Positions 40,330 through 49,774 of a DNA stretch of 58,056 nucleotides are shown here, piece after piece; the first letter of the stretch is position 1; each line of letters begins with the position of its first letter. The position numbers and the translations under genes are program-made. Origin of the DNA: Desulfonatronovibrionaceae bacterium. Lineage in GTDB: Bacteria; Desulfobacterota; Desulfovibrionia; Desulfovibrionales; Desulfonatronovibrionaceae. The notes under the pieces were generated by a model that was given only the letters and a program-made list of their open reading frames with translations, ran no database searches and had not been told where the DNA came from. The DNA lies in assembly GCA_046539845.1 (NCBI GenBank), contig JBKHGE010000009.1, positions 1 through 58,056 on the forward strand, written 5' to 3'.

Positions 40330-40767
40330 TCAAATCAAAGAGTCTATCATGTCTACCCGCCGGGCATGACGACCGGCCTCGAATTCACAGGCCAGAAATT
40401 CCGCGGCTATGGCCGCGCCAAGTTCCGATCCGATGATCCGGTCACCCAGACAAAGGACATTGGCGTTATTGTGCAGGCGGGACATGCGGGCCATAAATTC
40501 GTTCGCGCACAAAGCGGCCCGGATCCCTTTTATCCGGTTGGCCATCATGGACATCCCTAATCCGGTCCCGCAGACCAGGATACCCGGGCAGCCGCGCTCA
40601 AGCACCTCGCGGCAGGCCAAAACCGCATATTCCGGATAGTCACAGCTTTGGTCCTTGTTCGCCCCCACATCTATAATCTCATAATCAGGTTTGAAACGCT
40701 TAATCAGGTATCCCTTCAGCCCCAAACCCGCGTGATCCGATCCGAAAACCAATGATTTTTCACTCAC
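40330..40767 (-). CDS. rpiB: Ribose-5-phosphate isomerase B
   Basis: GSDHAG, CGTGLGMS, HNNANVL, GRHARR. Confidence 0.96.
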   Translation of the reverse strand: MSEKSLVFGSDHAGLGLKGYLIKRFKPDYEIIDVGANKDQSCDYPEYAVLACREVLERGCPGILVCGTGLGMSMMANRIKGIRAALCANEFMARMSRLHNNANVLCLGDRIIGSELGAAIAAEFLACEFEAGRHARRVDMIDSLI

Positions 40768-40788
40768 TTTAGTCCGCTCCGGTTTTTT

Positions 40789-41157
40789 TCAGGCGGCAGT
40801 GCCGCATCTTTTGTTGATAAATTCCTGTCTGCTTCGGTTCAGCTCTTCCTGCAGGTGTCGGATTTCCTCCTGGAGAAAAGAGACTTGCTTCAGGGCCAGA
40901 TCTGTTTCCGGTTCATCGGGATCGACTCGGGTGGGGTCATTTGTGATTTGTCTGTACACGGACTCGCCCAGGTAGGAGAATTCCTGCCTGAGTCTTTTTT
41001 GTAGCTGTCTGATCTCCCAGACCCGGCAGGTCCGGACAACAGCCCATTTTATCTCGCTTAGGATTATTTTCCAGCCAAGGATAATGATTTTAATCGGTTC
41101 TTTCCATAAAGGAACGTCACGGTCCGAACTGCCGTCTTTAGCAGTCTTTCCACTCAT
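40789..41157 (-). CDS. Hypothetical coiled-coil protein
   Basis: AAGGAGG SD, in operon, WEIRQLQKRL. Confidence 0.75.
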   Translation of the reverse strand: MSGKTAKDGSSDRDVPLWKEPIKIIILGWKIILSEIKWAVVRTCRVWEIRQLQKRLRQEFSYLGESVYRQITNDPTRVDPDEPETDLALKQVSFLQEEIRHLQEELNRSRQEFINKRCGTAA

Positions 41158-41238
41158 GGAACACCTCCTTTGTTTGCTCGGGGCGCGGCCCCGGTTTCAT
41201 GGTACTTGCTGCGGTACGGCGGGGTGGAAGCTAAAACC

Positions 41239-42012
41239 TTATCCGCCACCCACCCCCAGGAGATATCTTCTTTCTGTCTCCGGCGGCAGGCGGAGCTCCA
41301 GCTGCTTTTTCCCCCAGGGTTTGTCTCTGAACCGGGCATCTTTTATCCGGATGATGCCCTTTTGTTCTTCAGACATTGCCAAATCAATGCGCAGGGCCAG
41401 TCCCTTATCCGGGTCAAAATCCTTGAGTTCAGCCGTCCAATTTTGGCCGCGGATTTTTATGGGCAGGCCCTCGGAGTTCAAGGTAACTGCGGCTACTTCA
41501 GCTTCCGGGCGGAAAAAATATTTAACCCCGTCCCCGATATTGCGGCTTTCAATGTATTTTTCCGGTACGAGCAGGGCATAGCGTCCGGTCAAAAACCAGG
41601 AGGTCTCAAGGAGATCGAAGGGAGTGGGGAAGCCCAGGGCGGCGGCGCCCAGCTGTCCATCTTCATGCCTGTATACGGTGTTTTGGTGCGGATAGAAGGC
41701 CTGCCATTCCTGATCCCCCTCCCGCCACCTGGAAAATATCCGGCCCATTCCGGCCTTGAGGTCCATGCGTACCGGGCGCTCTTGGTTCCCCCATACTTCG
41801 GCCAGGATTCGGTCTTGGCGTTCAGGTCCGGAGTAATTGATGCTCATCTCGATACGAAATGAACTCATGTCCGGGTCTCGGCCGCATAACTCCCTGAATT
41901 CGGCCCACAGTCCCCCCGCCGCAGGGGGCTGGACCGCCTCTTCAGATACGCGCGGGGCACAAGCCGGGACAAGGCCCAGGATCAGTACGAAGAGCAAAAA
42001 GGGTCTGGACAT
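41239..42012 (-). CDS. Putative outer-membrane lipoprotein (possibly LolB-like)
   Basis: Lipobox-like VPAC; directly follows the TPR gene, as lolB does in other proteobacteria (inference). Confidence 0.65.
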   Translation of the reverse strand: MSRPFLLFVLILGLVPACAPRVSEEAVQPPAAGGLWAEFRELCGRDPDMSSFRIEMSINYSGPERQDRILAEVWGNQERPVRMDLKAGMGRIFSRWREGDQEWQAFYPHQNTVYRHEDGQLGAAALGFPTPFDLLETSWFLTGRYALLVPEKYIESRNIGDGVKYFFRPEAEVAAVTLNSEGLPIKIRGQNWTAELKDFDPDKGLALRIDLAMSEEQKGIIRIKDARFRDKPWGKKQLELRLPPETERRYLLGVGGG

Positions 42013-43692
42013 TTACTCAGCCGCCTGTTTTTTCTTCAGCCGGGCCAGTTTCTCTTTTACCCGCGAGGCATCCGGCTGGTCAAGATCCAGCTCAAGGGCC
42101 TTTTCATAACCGGCTATGGCCTCACCCCATTTCTCGAGAGATGCGGCTATATCTCCGTAGTGCATCCAGATGATCGGGTCATCCCCGGCCAGTTCCACAG
42201 CCTGTTTTATCTGTTCCCAGGCCTCTTTCAGATCGCCTTGTTTGAAAAGGACCCAGGCCAGGGAGTCCACGTAATAGCCGTTGGTCGGCTCCTGTTTTAG
42301 GGCGTTTTTAACCAAAAGCAGGGCCCGGTCCAGGTTGTCTTCCATTTCCGCCAGGAGATAGCCCACAAAATTGAGTGCTGTGGGGTTGTCCGGCTCCATG
42401 GCGATCACCTGCTCCATGACTTCCAAAGCCCGGTCTTGTTCCCCGATCATTTCCAGGTTCGAGGCTTTGTTGATGAGAATATCTGCGGAGCGGGGCCATT
42501 TTTCCAGGGCTTGATCCAAGACCTCCAGCGCCTCTTGTCGCTTGTCCAGGCGGGCGAGTACCTGGGCCTTGAGGTTCCAGAATTCCGGATTTTCCGGATA
42601 CTTGTTTATTCCTTCTTCGGCTATCTGCATAGCTTTGTCCGCCGTACCCCTTTCCAGCTCAAAGCTCCCCTTGAGCCTTAGGGCGCGTTCATACATCCGG
42701 GAGTCCTCCGGGATCCGATCCAGGTAATCCACCGCCGAGTCAATATCCTTGTTGGCGTCATAGGCCAGGATGGCCAAGTGGATATATGTCCTGTCCGGGG
42801 GGTCTTCTTTTTGCAGGAGCTTTTTCAGGATGCGCTTGGCGTGCTCAAAATACTTGCTGGTGATAAATTCCCCGGCTGCGTCCAGCTTGAAATCCGGATC
42901 ATTCGGACCCTGGTCCACAATAAGCATGGCCCGGTCCGGCTCGTTCAGTTTGAGATCCAGAGAGATGACGCGCAGGAGCAGCTGCTCGTTGTCCTGCTGC
43001 TTATCCATGAGCTTGCGGTATATGCTCTCCGCTTGGGCGTAGTTGCGGCTTTTTTCATGTACATAAGCCAGTTCCGCCCAGGCCTCGGTCATGTTCGGTT
43101 CCATCTCCACCGCCGTCTCCAGATGTTGGACAGCGTTTATGTTCTGTCCCAGGCAGGATCTGCTTTTGCCCTTAAGATATTCGGTTTTGGCAGTGGTTTC
43201 TCCTTCCGGAATCCGCTGCAAAAGGTCCAGGGCGCTGGCGCACTGATTCTCTTGCAGATAGAGCGCGGCCGCGTCCTCTATAAGGTCCCATTGTTCCGGG
43301 TTTTTATCCAAATATTCCAGGATGGTGTTCAGGGCTTGCTGTTTGCGGTCTTCTGCCAGGTATGATTTGGCCAGAGATATGTACAGATCCTTATCATCCG
43401 GATATCTGTTTATGCCCTGTTTGAGAATGTCCCGGGCTGAGTCGAAGTCCGTTCGCTTCCAAAAGGCATTGGCCAGTTCCAGGTACAGAAACGGGTCCGG
43501 ATCGCTGGCAATGGATTTCTCAAGCGCCCGGATTCCGGCCGGAGTGTCCGGGGATTCATTATATCGCAAAAAATTATATACCGCGTCCGCCCGGGACGAG
43601 AGTTGCCATTCCAGGGGGGCATCCGGCTGGCCCTTGATGGCGCAGCCGCTAGCGGCCAGGAGGATCAAAAGGGGAGTTATATATTTCAGCAT
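42013..43692 (-). CDS. TPR-repeat lipoprotein
   Basis: Lipobox ASGC, many TPRs, ALNFVGY, YVDSLAWV, HYGD. Confidence 0.9.
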   Translation of the reverse strand: MLKYITPLLILLAASGCAIKGQPDAPLEWQLSSRADAVYNFLRYNESPDTPAGIRALEKSIASDPDPFLYLELANAFWKRTDFDSARDILKQGINRYPDDKDLYISLAKSYLAEDRKQQALNTILEYLDKNPEQWDLIEDAAALYLQENQCASALDLLQRIPEGETTAKTEYLKGKSRSCLGQNINAVQHLETAVEMEPNMTEAWAELAYVHEKSRNYAQAESIYRKLMDKQQDNEQLLLRVISLDLKLNEPDRAMLIVDQGPNDPDFKLDAAGEFITSKYFEHAKRILKKLLQKEDPPDRTYIHLAILAYDANKDIDSAVDYLDRIPEDSRMYERALRLKGSFELERGTADKAMQIAEEGINKYPENPEFWNLKAQVLARLDKRQEALEVLDQALEKWPRSADILINKASNLEMIGEQDRALEVMEQVIAMEPDNPTALNFVGYLLAEMEDNLDRALLLVKNALKQEPTNGYYVDSLAWVLFKQGDLKEAWEQIKQAVELAGDDPIIWMHYGDIAASLEKWGEAIAGYEKALELDLDQPDASRVKEKLARLKKKQAAE

Positions 43693-43726
43693 AATTATTT
43701 GATGTTAATCCAGGTCGGGCCTTCAG

Positions 43727-44473
43727 TCAATTTGCGGATTGGGCCCGGAGCATGAGGCGGTAGATTTCCCTCCCCACTCGGAGACCGCAGTCAATGAAGT
43801 CCGGACCGTGCATCCTGCCGGTATTGGTCCGAAAGGTATTTTTGACCTCGTTTATTTTTTCCAGGCCGGCGGGGAAAACCCGGATCAGGCTGCACAGCCG
43901 CCAGTCGTTAAAGTCGCAGATCTCCCACAGGGTAGTGTTGAAATTGTCCGGTCCCCAGCGGAATTTGTCCGCATCATAGAGGCAGTTGCTCACTATGGCG
44001 GTCTCTTCGTCCGGCGGAGTCTGTGGGGGAGTGAACGCCTCGTGGTTACGAATGGCGAAACCTATTATTTCCGTCTCCCTGGTGTCCAGGGGATAATCGG
44101 CCAGGATGTCTTGGCTGAGCAGGGCACCTTTGCGGGCGTGCTCCTCCTCCAGGCGGCAGATATCGTGCAAAAGACCGGCGCATTGAGCGAGGAGGGCCAG
44201 ACGTTTTCTGACCCGCAGGGGGAAATTGCCCGCCTCTATCAGGGCCAGGGCCCCGGCCTCGATGCTCACTGTTTTGCAGTGCTCTATCCCATGGCCATAT
44301 CCGCCCCGGATAAAGGGAAGGATATCCTCCCGCAGCCTGATCAGCATGGGATTGTTGTGGAAATTTTCCGCGCATAGGTCTATCTCCCGGGAAAACACGG
44401 AATAAAAGGGCAGCCTGCATCCCCGAGCCAATTCCCTGGCCTTGTGTCGGATGGCCTCCATCTCTTTAGTCAT
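43727..44473 (-). CDS. HD-domain protein
   Basis: HGIEH, LLHDICR, HE, DADK. Confidence 0.85.
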   Translation of the reverse strand: MTKEMEAIRHKARELARGCRLPFYSVFSREIDLCAENFHNNPMLIRLREDILPFIRGGYGHGIEHCKTVSIEAGALALIEAGNFPLRVRKRLALLAQCAGLLHDICRLEEEHARKGALLSQDILADYPLDTRETEIIGFAIRNHEAFTPPQTPPDEETAIVSNCLYDADKFRWGPDNFNTTLWEICDFNDWRLCSLIRVFPAGLEKINEVKNTFRTNTGRMHGPDFIDCGLRVGREIYRLMLRAQSAN

Positions 44474-45434
44474 CGTTTATCCAGTCCCGGGAGAAGTCGC
44501 TTATATTGTCGCTCATCTGGTTTTTGATCTTCTGCAAAAGCCGGGTTTCGATTTGCCGCACCCTTTCCCTGGTTATTCCGAATTTTTCCCCGATTTCCCT
44601 CAAGGTTGCCGGGGTTTCGGCCAGGAGCCGCTTTTCCAGGATTTCCCTTTCCTTGGGATTTAAGTCCGGTTCTATCTCCTTTATATGCTCCTTTAAAAGG
44701 GAGGCGGTTTCTTCCTGCAGGATCTGATCCTCGGCGCCCGCCTCCAGGGCGGGGATGAAATTCATGGGAGTGCTTTCACCGTCCTCGCCGTAAGGCATGT
44801 CCAAAGAGAGGTCGTTCATGCCCATCCGCTGTTGCATCTGGTCCACGTCCGAGCGGGTAACCTGCAGGCTGTCCGAGATGGCCTCGTTGTCCGGGGAGAT
44901 GCCCATGGATTCCAAGCGTTGCTTTTCCTTGTTCAGGTTGTAGAAGAGCTTACGCTGGGCCTGAGTGGTCCCGATCTTGACCATTCGCCAGTTATCCATG
45001 ATGAATTTGAGGATATAGGCCTTGACCCAGAACGCGGCGTAATAGGAGAATTTTATCTCTTTGTCCGGGTCAAATTTCTGCAGCGCTTTCATGAGCCCCA
45101 CGTTTCCCTCTTGGATGAGGTCCTGCAGGTTTTTCATCCACTTGCGCTGAAAATCCATAGCGATTTTAACCACTAGGCGCAGATTGGAGGTGATTATCCG
45201 GAAGGCTGCTTCCTGGTCGTTCTCGCTTTGATACTTCCGGGCCAGCTCGAACTCCTCCTCTGCGGTCAGGGCGGGAAACCTGTTTATCTCCTGTAAATAC
45301 ATGCGCAGCGGGTCTACAGTGGCCGGGGCCGTAGACCGGGGTTTCACCGCCGGACCGGTGGGGAGATATATACTCGGGAGATGCTGTTTTTTGCTGTCTT
45401 CCCGGGGGGTCTCTTTTTTCTGTTTTTTACTCAT
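44466..45434 (-). CDS. rpoH: RNA polymerase sigma factor, sigma-32 family
   Basis: DLIQEGNVGLM, RpoH box KIGTTQAQRKLFYNL, TRERVRQIE. Confidence 0.92.
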   Translation of the reverse strand: MSKKQKKETPREDSKKQHLPSIYLPTGPAVKPRSTAPATVDPLRMYLQEINRFPALTAEEEFELARKYQSENDQEAAFRIITSNLRLVVKIAMDFQRKWMKNLQDLIQEGNVGLMKALQKFDPDKEIKFSYYAAFWVKAYILKFIMDNWRMVKIGTTQAQRKLFYNLNKEKQRLESMGISPDNEAISDSLQVTRSDVDQMQQRMGMNDLSLDMPYGEDGESTPMNFIPALEAGAEDQILQEETASLLKEHIKEIEPDLNPKEREILEKRLLAETPATLREIGEKFGITRERVRQIETRLLQKIKNQMSDNISDFSRDWINDD

Positions 45435-45543
45435 AATTTTGGGTTCTTGAGTGGTCTCAGAGGATCGTGCCCTTCAGGGACTAAGGCGTTTAAAAGGCGT
45501 TCCCGGACCGCGGTTTGTTGCGTTTGAAAATATCATCCTATAG

Positions 45544-45572
45544 TTTATATTTGTCCTTTTCAACATTTTCAA
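45544..45572 (-). promoter_or_regulatory. Putative sigma-70 promoter of rpoH
   Basis: TTGAAA-17 nt-TATAAA; overlaps a divergent TTGAAA-16 nt-TATATT (45524-45551, +). Confidence 0.5.
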
Positions 45573-45588
45573 GTAAGCGTACAGAGTC

Positions 45589-45668
45589 GCACGGCTGAGG
45601 GGACGGGGTGTATGCCGGGGGAGGGCCTCCTGACTTCAGGAATACAACCGTCGCCTTATTGCCGTTGC
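45589..45668 (+). ncRNA. Candidate rod-like hairpin in the tlpA leader
   Basis: Stacked helices ACGGC/GCCGT, TGAGG/CCTTA, GACGG/CCGTC, TGTAT/ATACA. Confidence 0.35.
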
Positions 45669-45704
45669 CGGGAAAACGCATGATAGACTGGAGAATCCGG
45701 GTCG

Positions 45705-46169
45705 ATGAAGATCTTTCGCGTCATTGTCCTTGGGCTATGTCTGATAGTAGTATTTTCCGGGCCTTTGCCAGCCCGGGAGATAGAGGGCATAGACCACGAG
45801 AGGATTATTTCCAGGATTGCTGAGTACGAAGGCCAGGTAGTGGTGGTTAATTTCTGGGCCAGCTGGTGCCCGCCCTGCAGGCTGGAGATCCCCCATCTGG
45901 TCCGGCTGCGGGAAAAGCACGACCCGGCCGATGTTTTGATCCTCGGGGTGTCTTTGGACGAGGATGTAGCTGCGGCCCAAGAATTCCTGCACAAAAACGA
46001 CCTCAACTATCCGGTTTTCCGGGGCCGGGAGGGCGTGGGCCAATTTTTCCGGGTTTCCGGGCTGCCTACGACCATAGTTTACGACAAAGACAAAATAAAG
46101 GTCTTCTCCCATACGGGATATTTGAGCGAAGAAAAGCTTAAGGACATCATTCAGAAACATTTGAAATAG
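45705..46169 (+). CDS. TlpA-family thiol:disulfide oxidoreductase
   Basis: Signal peptide, NFWASWCPPC, GLPT. Confidence 0.92.
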   Translation: MKIFRVIVLGLCLIVVFSGPLPAREIEGIDHERIISRIAEYEGQVVVVNFWASWCPPCRLEIPHLVRLREKHDPADVLILGVSLDEDVAAAQEFLHKNDLNYPVFRGREGVGQFFRVSGLPTTIVYDKDKIKVFSHTGYLSEEKLKDIIQKHLK

Positions 46170-46184
46170 TCCGGAGCAGACCAA

Positions 46185-46667
46185 GTGAAAGATGCCTATC
46201 TGCGCAAGGCAAGGATACAGGATGTGCGTTTCATTCACGGCATCCTGCTGCACCACTCCCGTCAGAATCTGCTTTTGCCCCGCTCTTACAGCGAATTATA
46301 CAGCCACTTGCGCGATTTTTTTGTCATTGTCAGCGACGACAAAGAGGGCATCCTCGGCTGTGGGGCCCTGAGCATAGTCTGGGAGGGATTGGCCGAGATA
46401 CGTTCTCTGATCCTGAGTGAGGACCTGCGCCATCAGGGATTTGGCAGGAAGATCGTAGACGCCTGTCTGAGCGAGGCCGTGACCCTGGGGATCTTCCGCG
46501 TCTTTACCCTGACCTATCAGGCCGAGTTTTTCTCCCGGCTGGGCTTCTGGGAGATAAGCAAGGATACACTGCCCCAGAAGATTTGGGCCGACTGCCTGCG
46601 CTGCCCCAAATATCCGGACGACTGCGACGAAATAGCCATGCTTATGGATATGGATTCCCCGAAGTAG
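46185..46667 (+). CDS. Short ArgA-like amino-acid N-acetyltransferase
   Basis: LLPRS, WEGLAEIRSL, LPQKIWADC..C. Confidence 0.85.
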   Translation: MKDAYLRKARIQDVRFIHGILLHHSRQNLLLPRSYSELYSHLRDFFVIVSDDKEGILGCGALSIVWEGLAEIRSLILSEDLRHQGFGRKIVDACLSEAVTLGIFRVFTLTYQAEFFSRLGFWEISKDTLPQKIWADCLRCPKYPDDCDEIAMLMDMDSPK

Positions 46668-47060
46668 AATGGAGAAACAGGTGTTTTTTAAGCCTCTTAG
46701 CGTGGCGGATTGTTTATTTTGCCTGTGTGTTTGGGAATCGTCGGTTATTTTAGCGCCGCTTTCTTGGGCCTCGGGTGCTTTAAATCCGTTCGGTCAGGGA
46801 AATACAGATCCTGTAAATTGCATGCAAGGTATTCGGGAGCTGTTGTCAAGCGTTCCAGCCGGACATGATGGGATTGAATCCTTCGGATGAAAATTTTCGA
46901 GTAACGCTCTGTATTACAGTGAACTCCGTGGAGAGTAATAAAGGAGAATTTTGCGGGCTTTGGTTTTTTGCTGGTAATTGGTGGGCTAAATTGATTGATG
47001 CCCCCGCTCTGGTGGGCAAAGGGAGCTGTGGGGGACTTTGATGTATTCAGGGTGGAAGAT

Positions 47061-47579
47061 ATGCGTTTGAATGAGGTTTTTTCCCCGGCACAGATCAGGT
47101 CCCGGGTCCGGGAGCTCGGTACGGAGATATCCCGGGATTACCGGGATTTGGACCTGATTACGGTCTGCGTGCTTAAGGGGGCCTACGTGTTGTTTGCCGA
47201 TCTGATGCGCAGTCTGGATATAAGTCCGGAAATGGACTTTATTCGTCTGTCCAGTTATGCGGACGGGACCGATTCCGGCCGGATGGTCTTTTCCAAGGAC
47301 ATGGAGCTGTCGGTCAAGAACCGTCATGTCCTTGTTGTTGAGGATATTGTGGATACCGGGCATTCCATGGAGTTTTTCCGCAAGGTGGTCCACGCCCGCA
47401 GTCCGAAGTCGGTCCGTATCTGCTCCTTGATAGACAAAACAGAGAGGCGGCAGGTGGATATAGAAGTGGATTATCCCGGATTTGTTCTGGAAAAAGGATT
47501 TATTGTCGGCTATGGGCTTGACTATGCGGAACGGTACAGGGAGCTACCCGGTATCTTTGAGATCAGGTTTGATGAATAA
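47061..47579 (+). CDS. hpt: Hypoxanthine phosphoribosyltransferase
   Basis: VLKG, VLVVEDIVDTG, FIVGYGLDYAERYR. Confidence 0.96.
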   Translation: MRLNEVFSPAQIRSRVRELGTEISRDYRDLDLITVCVLKGAYVLFADLMRSLDISPEMDFIRLSSYADGTDSGRMVFSKDMELSVKNRHVLVVEDIVDTGHSMEFFRKVVHARSPKSVRICSLIDKTERRQVDIEVDYPGFVLEKGFIVGYGLDYAERYRELPGIFEIRFDE

Positions 47580-47612
47580 ACTAACGCGGATTGTTTTCCA
47601 TGCGAGGTGGCC

Positions 47613-48425
47613 ATGATAGTTGAGTGTCCAAGTTGCCATACCCGATTCAACCTGCCGGAGGACAAGGCAAGTCCGGAAGCCAAGCTCAAGTGTTCTAGGT
47701 GCGAGAATGTCTTTTCCCTGGAGGAGGGCACCTCCCAGGGAAATCAAGAGCAGCCCGGAGAGCAGCTGGTTCAGGAATTCGACGCGGAGGAGGAATGGAA
47801 GCAGGATCGTTCGACTGAGGATGACCTCTCTCTGGACGTGGACGTGGGAGAAAAGAAAGTAAATAAAAAGCTCGTCTGGACCATGATCTTGATCCTGGTG
47901 CTCATAGCCGGGGGCTTTGCCGCCTATTTTCTGTTCCCCGGAGTGGGCGGGTATGTACAGGACATGACTGCCGGGAAAGAAAACGCCAAATCCATAACCA
48001 GCAGTGAAAAGGCCGGGGAATCAAGCATAGAGAATATACATCTGGAAAATGTCCGCCAGTATTTTGTCAGCAACGAGAAGATAGGGCAGGTCTTTGTAAT
48101 TGAGGGCAAGGCGGTCAACCGCTTTGAGGATCCCAAGGGGCTTATTAAACTCAGGGCGGTGCTTTACGACGATAACGGCGAAGAGGTGCAGTCCAAGGAT
48201 TTTTTCTGCGGGAACAATGTTTCCCTTTTTCAGCTCCAGGTCTCCACACAAGAAGAACTGGAATCATCCTTAAATGCCCGGGTAGGGGTGATTACCAACA
48301 ATAGTCATATTGGCCCCGACCAGTCCACTCCGTTTATGGTCGCTTTTTATTCCCCTCCGGACGAGGTCAAGGAGTTCGGCCTGGAAGTGATTCAGGCCAA
48401 AGACCCAGCTGAAGACGACAGCTGA
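47613..48425 (+). CDS. Zinc-ribbon, TM, DUF3426-type protein
   Basis: CPSC...CSRC, acidic linker, single TM, periplasmic domain. Confidence 0.85.
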   Translation: MIVECPSCHTRFNLPEDKASPEAKLKCSRCENVFSLEEGTSQGNQEQPGEQLVQEFDAEEEWKQDRSTEDDLSLDVDVGEKKVNKKLVWTMILILVLIAGGFAAYFLFPGVGGYVQDMTAGKENAKSITSSEKAGESSIENIHLENVRQYFVSNEKIGQVFVIEGKAVNRFEDPKGLIKLRAVLYDDNGEEVQSKDFFCGNNVSLFQLQVSTQEELESSLNARVGVITNNSHIGPDQSTPFMVAFYSPPDEVKEFGLEVIQAKDPAEDDS

Positions 48426-48430
48426 TCCGC

Positions 48431-49774
48431 ATGAAGCAGAAGAAGATATACAGGTGTGCGGAATGCGCGCACGAGGTCCTGCAGTGGCAGGGACAGTGCC
48501 CCGGCTGCGGGGAGTGGAATACCCTGCGGGAAATCACGCTGCCTGCAAAGAACGGGAGCCGGAGAAAGGAAAGGGCCTTGGAGTCCGCCAAACCCTGTAG
48601 GCTTGATTCCCTGGATAATCTCCGAGCCAGCAGTTTTTCCTGTGGATGGCCGGAAATTGACTCCGCCCTGGGAGGGGGCATGCCTCTGGGCGGAGTTATT
48701 CTTTTGGCCGGCGAGCCCGGTATCGGCAAGTCAACCCTCCTTTTGCAGCTGGTGGCCAGAGCGGCTGAGCAGGGCAAAAAAAGCGTTTATGTGAGTGCGG
48801 AGGAAACCCTGGAACAGCTGCAGTCCCGGGCACAGCGCCTCGGTCTTCTGGAGGCCGGCGTGGAGGCCCTGGCCGCCAAACTCCTGGAGGAGATAACCCC
48901 TGTATTCACTACCGCCGAGCCTCCTTCCCTGCTGATCCTGGATTCCGTGCAGACCGTGGGTTCAAGCGAATCCGATTCCGTGGCCGGAACTCCCTCCCAG
49001 GTGCGCAACATTGCCTCGGAAATGATCTCCCTGGGCAAGGGATACGGATGCACGGTGATCATTGTCGGGCACGTGACCAAGGAGGGGCAGATAGCCGGAC
49101 CCAAGCTCCTGGAGCATATGGTGGATACTGTTTTGCATCTGGAAGGGGACCGGGAGCATTTGTTCAGGGTGCTCAGGGTGGTCAAGAATCGCTATGGCCC
49201 GGATGACGAGATCGTGCTTTTCCAAATGACCGGGTCCGGCCTGGAAGGGGTCAAGGACCCGTCCACTTTTTTTCTGGAGGCCAGGGATCCGAGTTTGAGC
49301 GGAACGGCAGTGGTTATAGGCCTGGATGGTCAGAAGCCGTTCGCCCTGGAAGTGCAGGCCCTGGCCGGGCAGAGTTTTTTGGCCATGCCCAGGAGAACCG
49401 CTCTGGGGTTTGACGCCAACAGGCTGCATCTGCTCCTGGCTGTTCTGGAGAAAAAACTGGGCATCAATCTAGGGCAGGCGGATATTTACGCCAAGATAGG
49501 CGGAGGGCTGCGTATAACCGACCCCGGGCTGGATTTGGGTATGGCCGCGGCTGTTCTGTCCTCCTTTTTTGACCGGCCTTTGCCCGAAGGAGCGGTGTTC
49601 TGGGGGGAGATAGACCTGAACGGACAGGTCCGCCCAGTTCTGGGCCATGATCTGCGCCTGAAGCAAGCGGGCAGGCTTGGCTACAGCCCGATCTTCTGCT
49701 CCGGCACGAACGACGGGGAGGGTTTTTACGGCGTGCAAAACGTGATGCGCCTGCAGGAGGCCCTGTTTGGGTGA
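48431..49774 (+). CDS. radA: DNA repair protein RadA/Sms
   Basis: C4 zinc finger, GEPGIGKST, KNRYG, Lon-like C terminus. Confidence 0.97.
   Translation: MKQKKIYRCAECAHEVLQWQGQCPGCGEWNTLREITLPAKNGSRRKERALESAKPCRLDSLDNLRASSFSCGWPEIDSALGGGMPLGGVILLAGEPGIGKSTLLLQLVARAAEQGKKSVYVSAEETLEQLQSRAQRLGLLEAGVEALAAKLLEEITPVFTTAEPPSLLILDSVQTVGSSESDSVAGTPSQVRNIASEMISLGKGYGCTVIIVGHVTKEGQIAGPKLLEHMVDTVLHLEGDREHLFRVLRVVKNRYGPDDEIVLFQMTGSGLEGVKDPSTFFLEARDPSLSGTAVVIGLDGQKPFALEVQALAGQSFLAMPRRTALGFDANRLHLLLAVLEKKLGINLGQADIYAKIGGGLRITDPGLDLGMAAAVLSSFFDRPLPEGAVFWGEIDLNGQVRPVLGHDLRLKQAGRLGYSPIFCSGTNDGEGFYGVQNVMRLQEALFG

Noticed and set aside
45611..45650. GGGCCTCCTGACTTCAG resembling a tRNA-Sec anticodon arm
   Set aside because: No cloverleaf, T-loop or acceptor stem.
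46669..47060. ~390-bp gap before hpt containing a 73-aa ORF
   Set aside because: No convincing coding signal, repeat or RNA structure found by eye.
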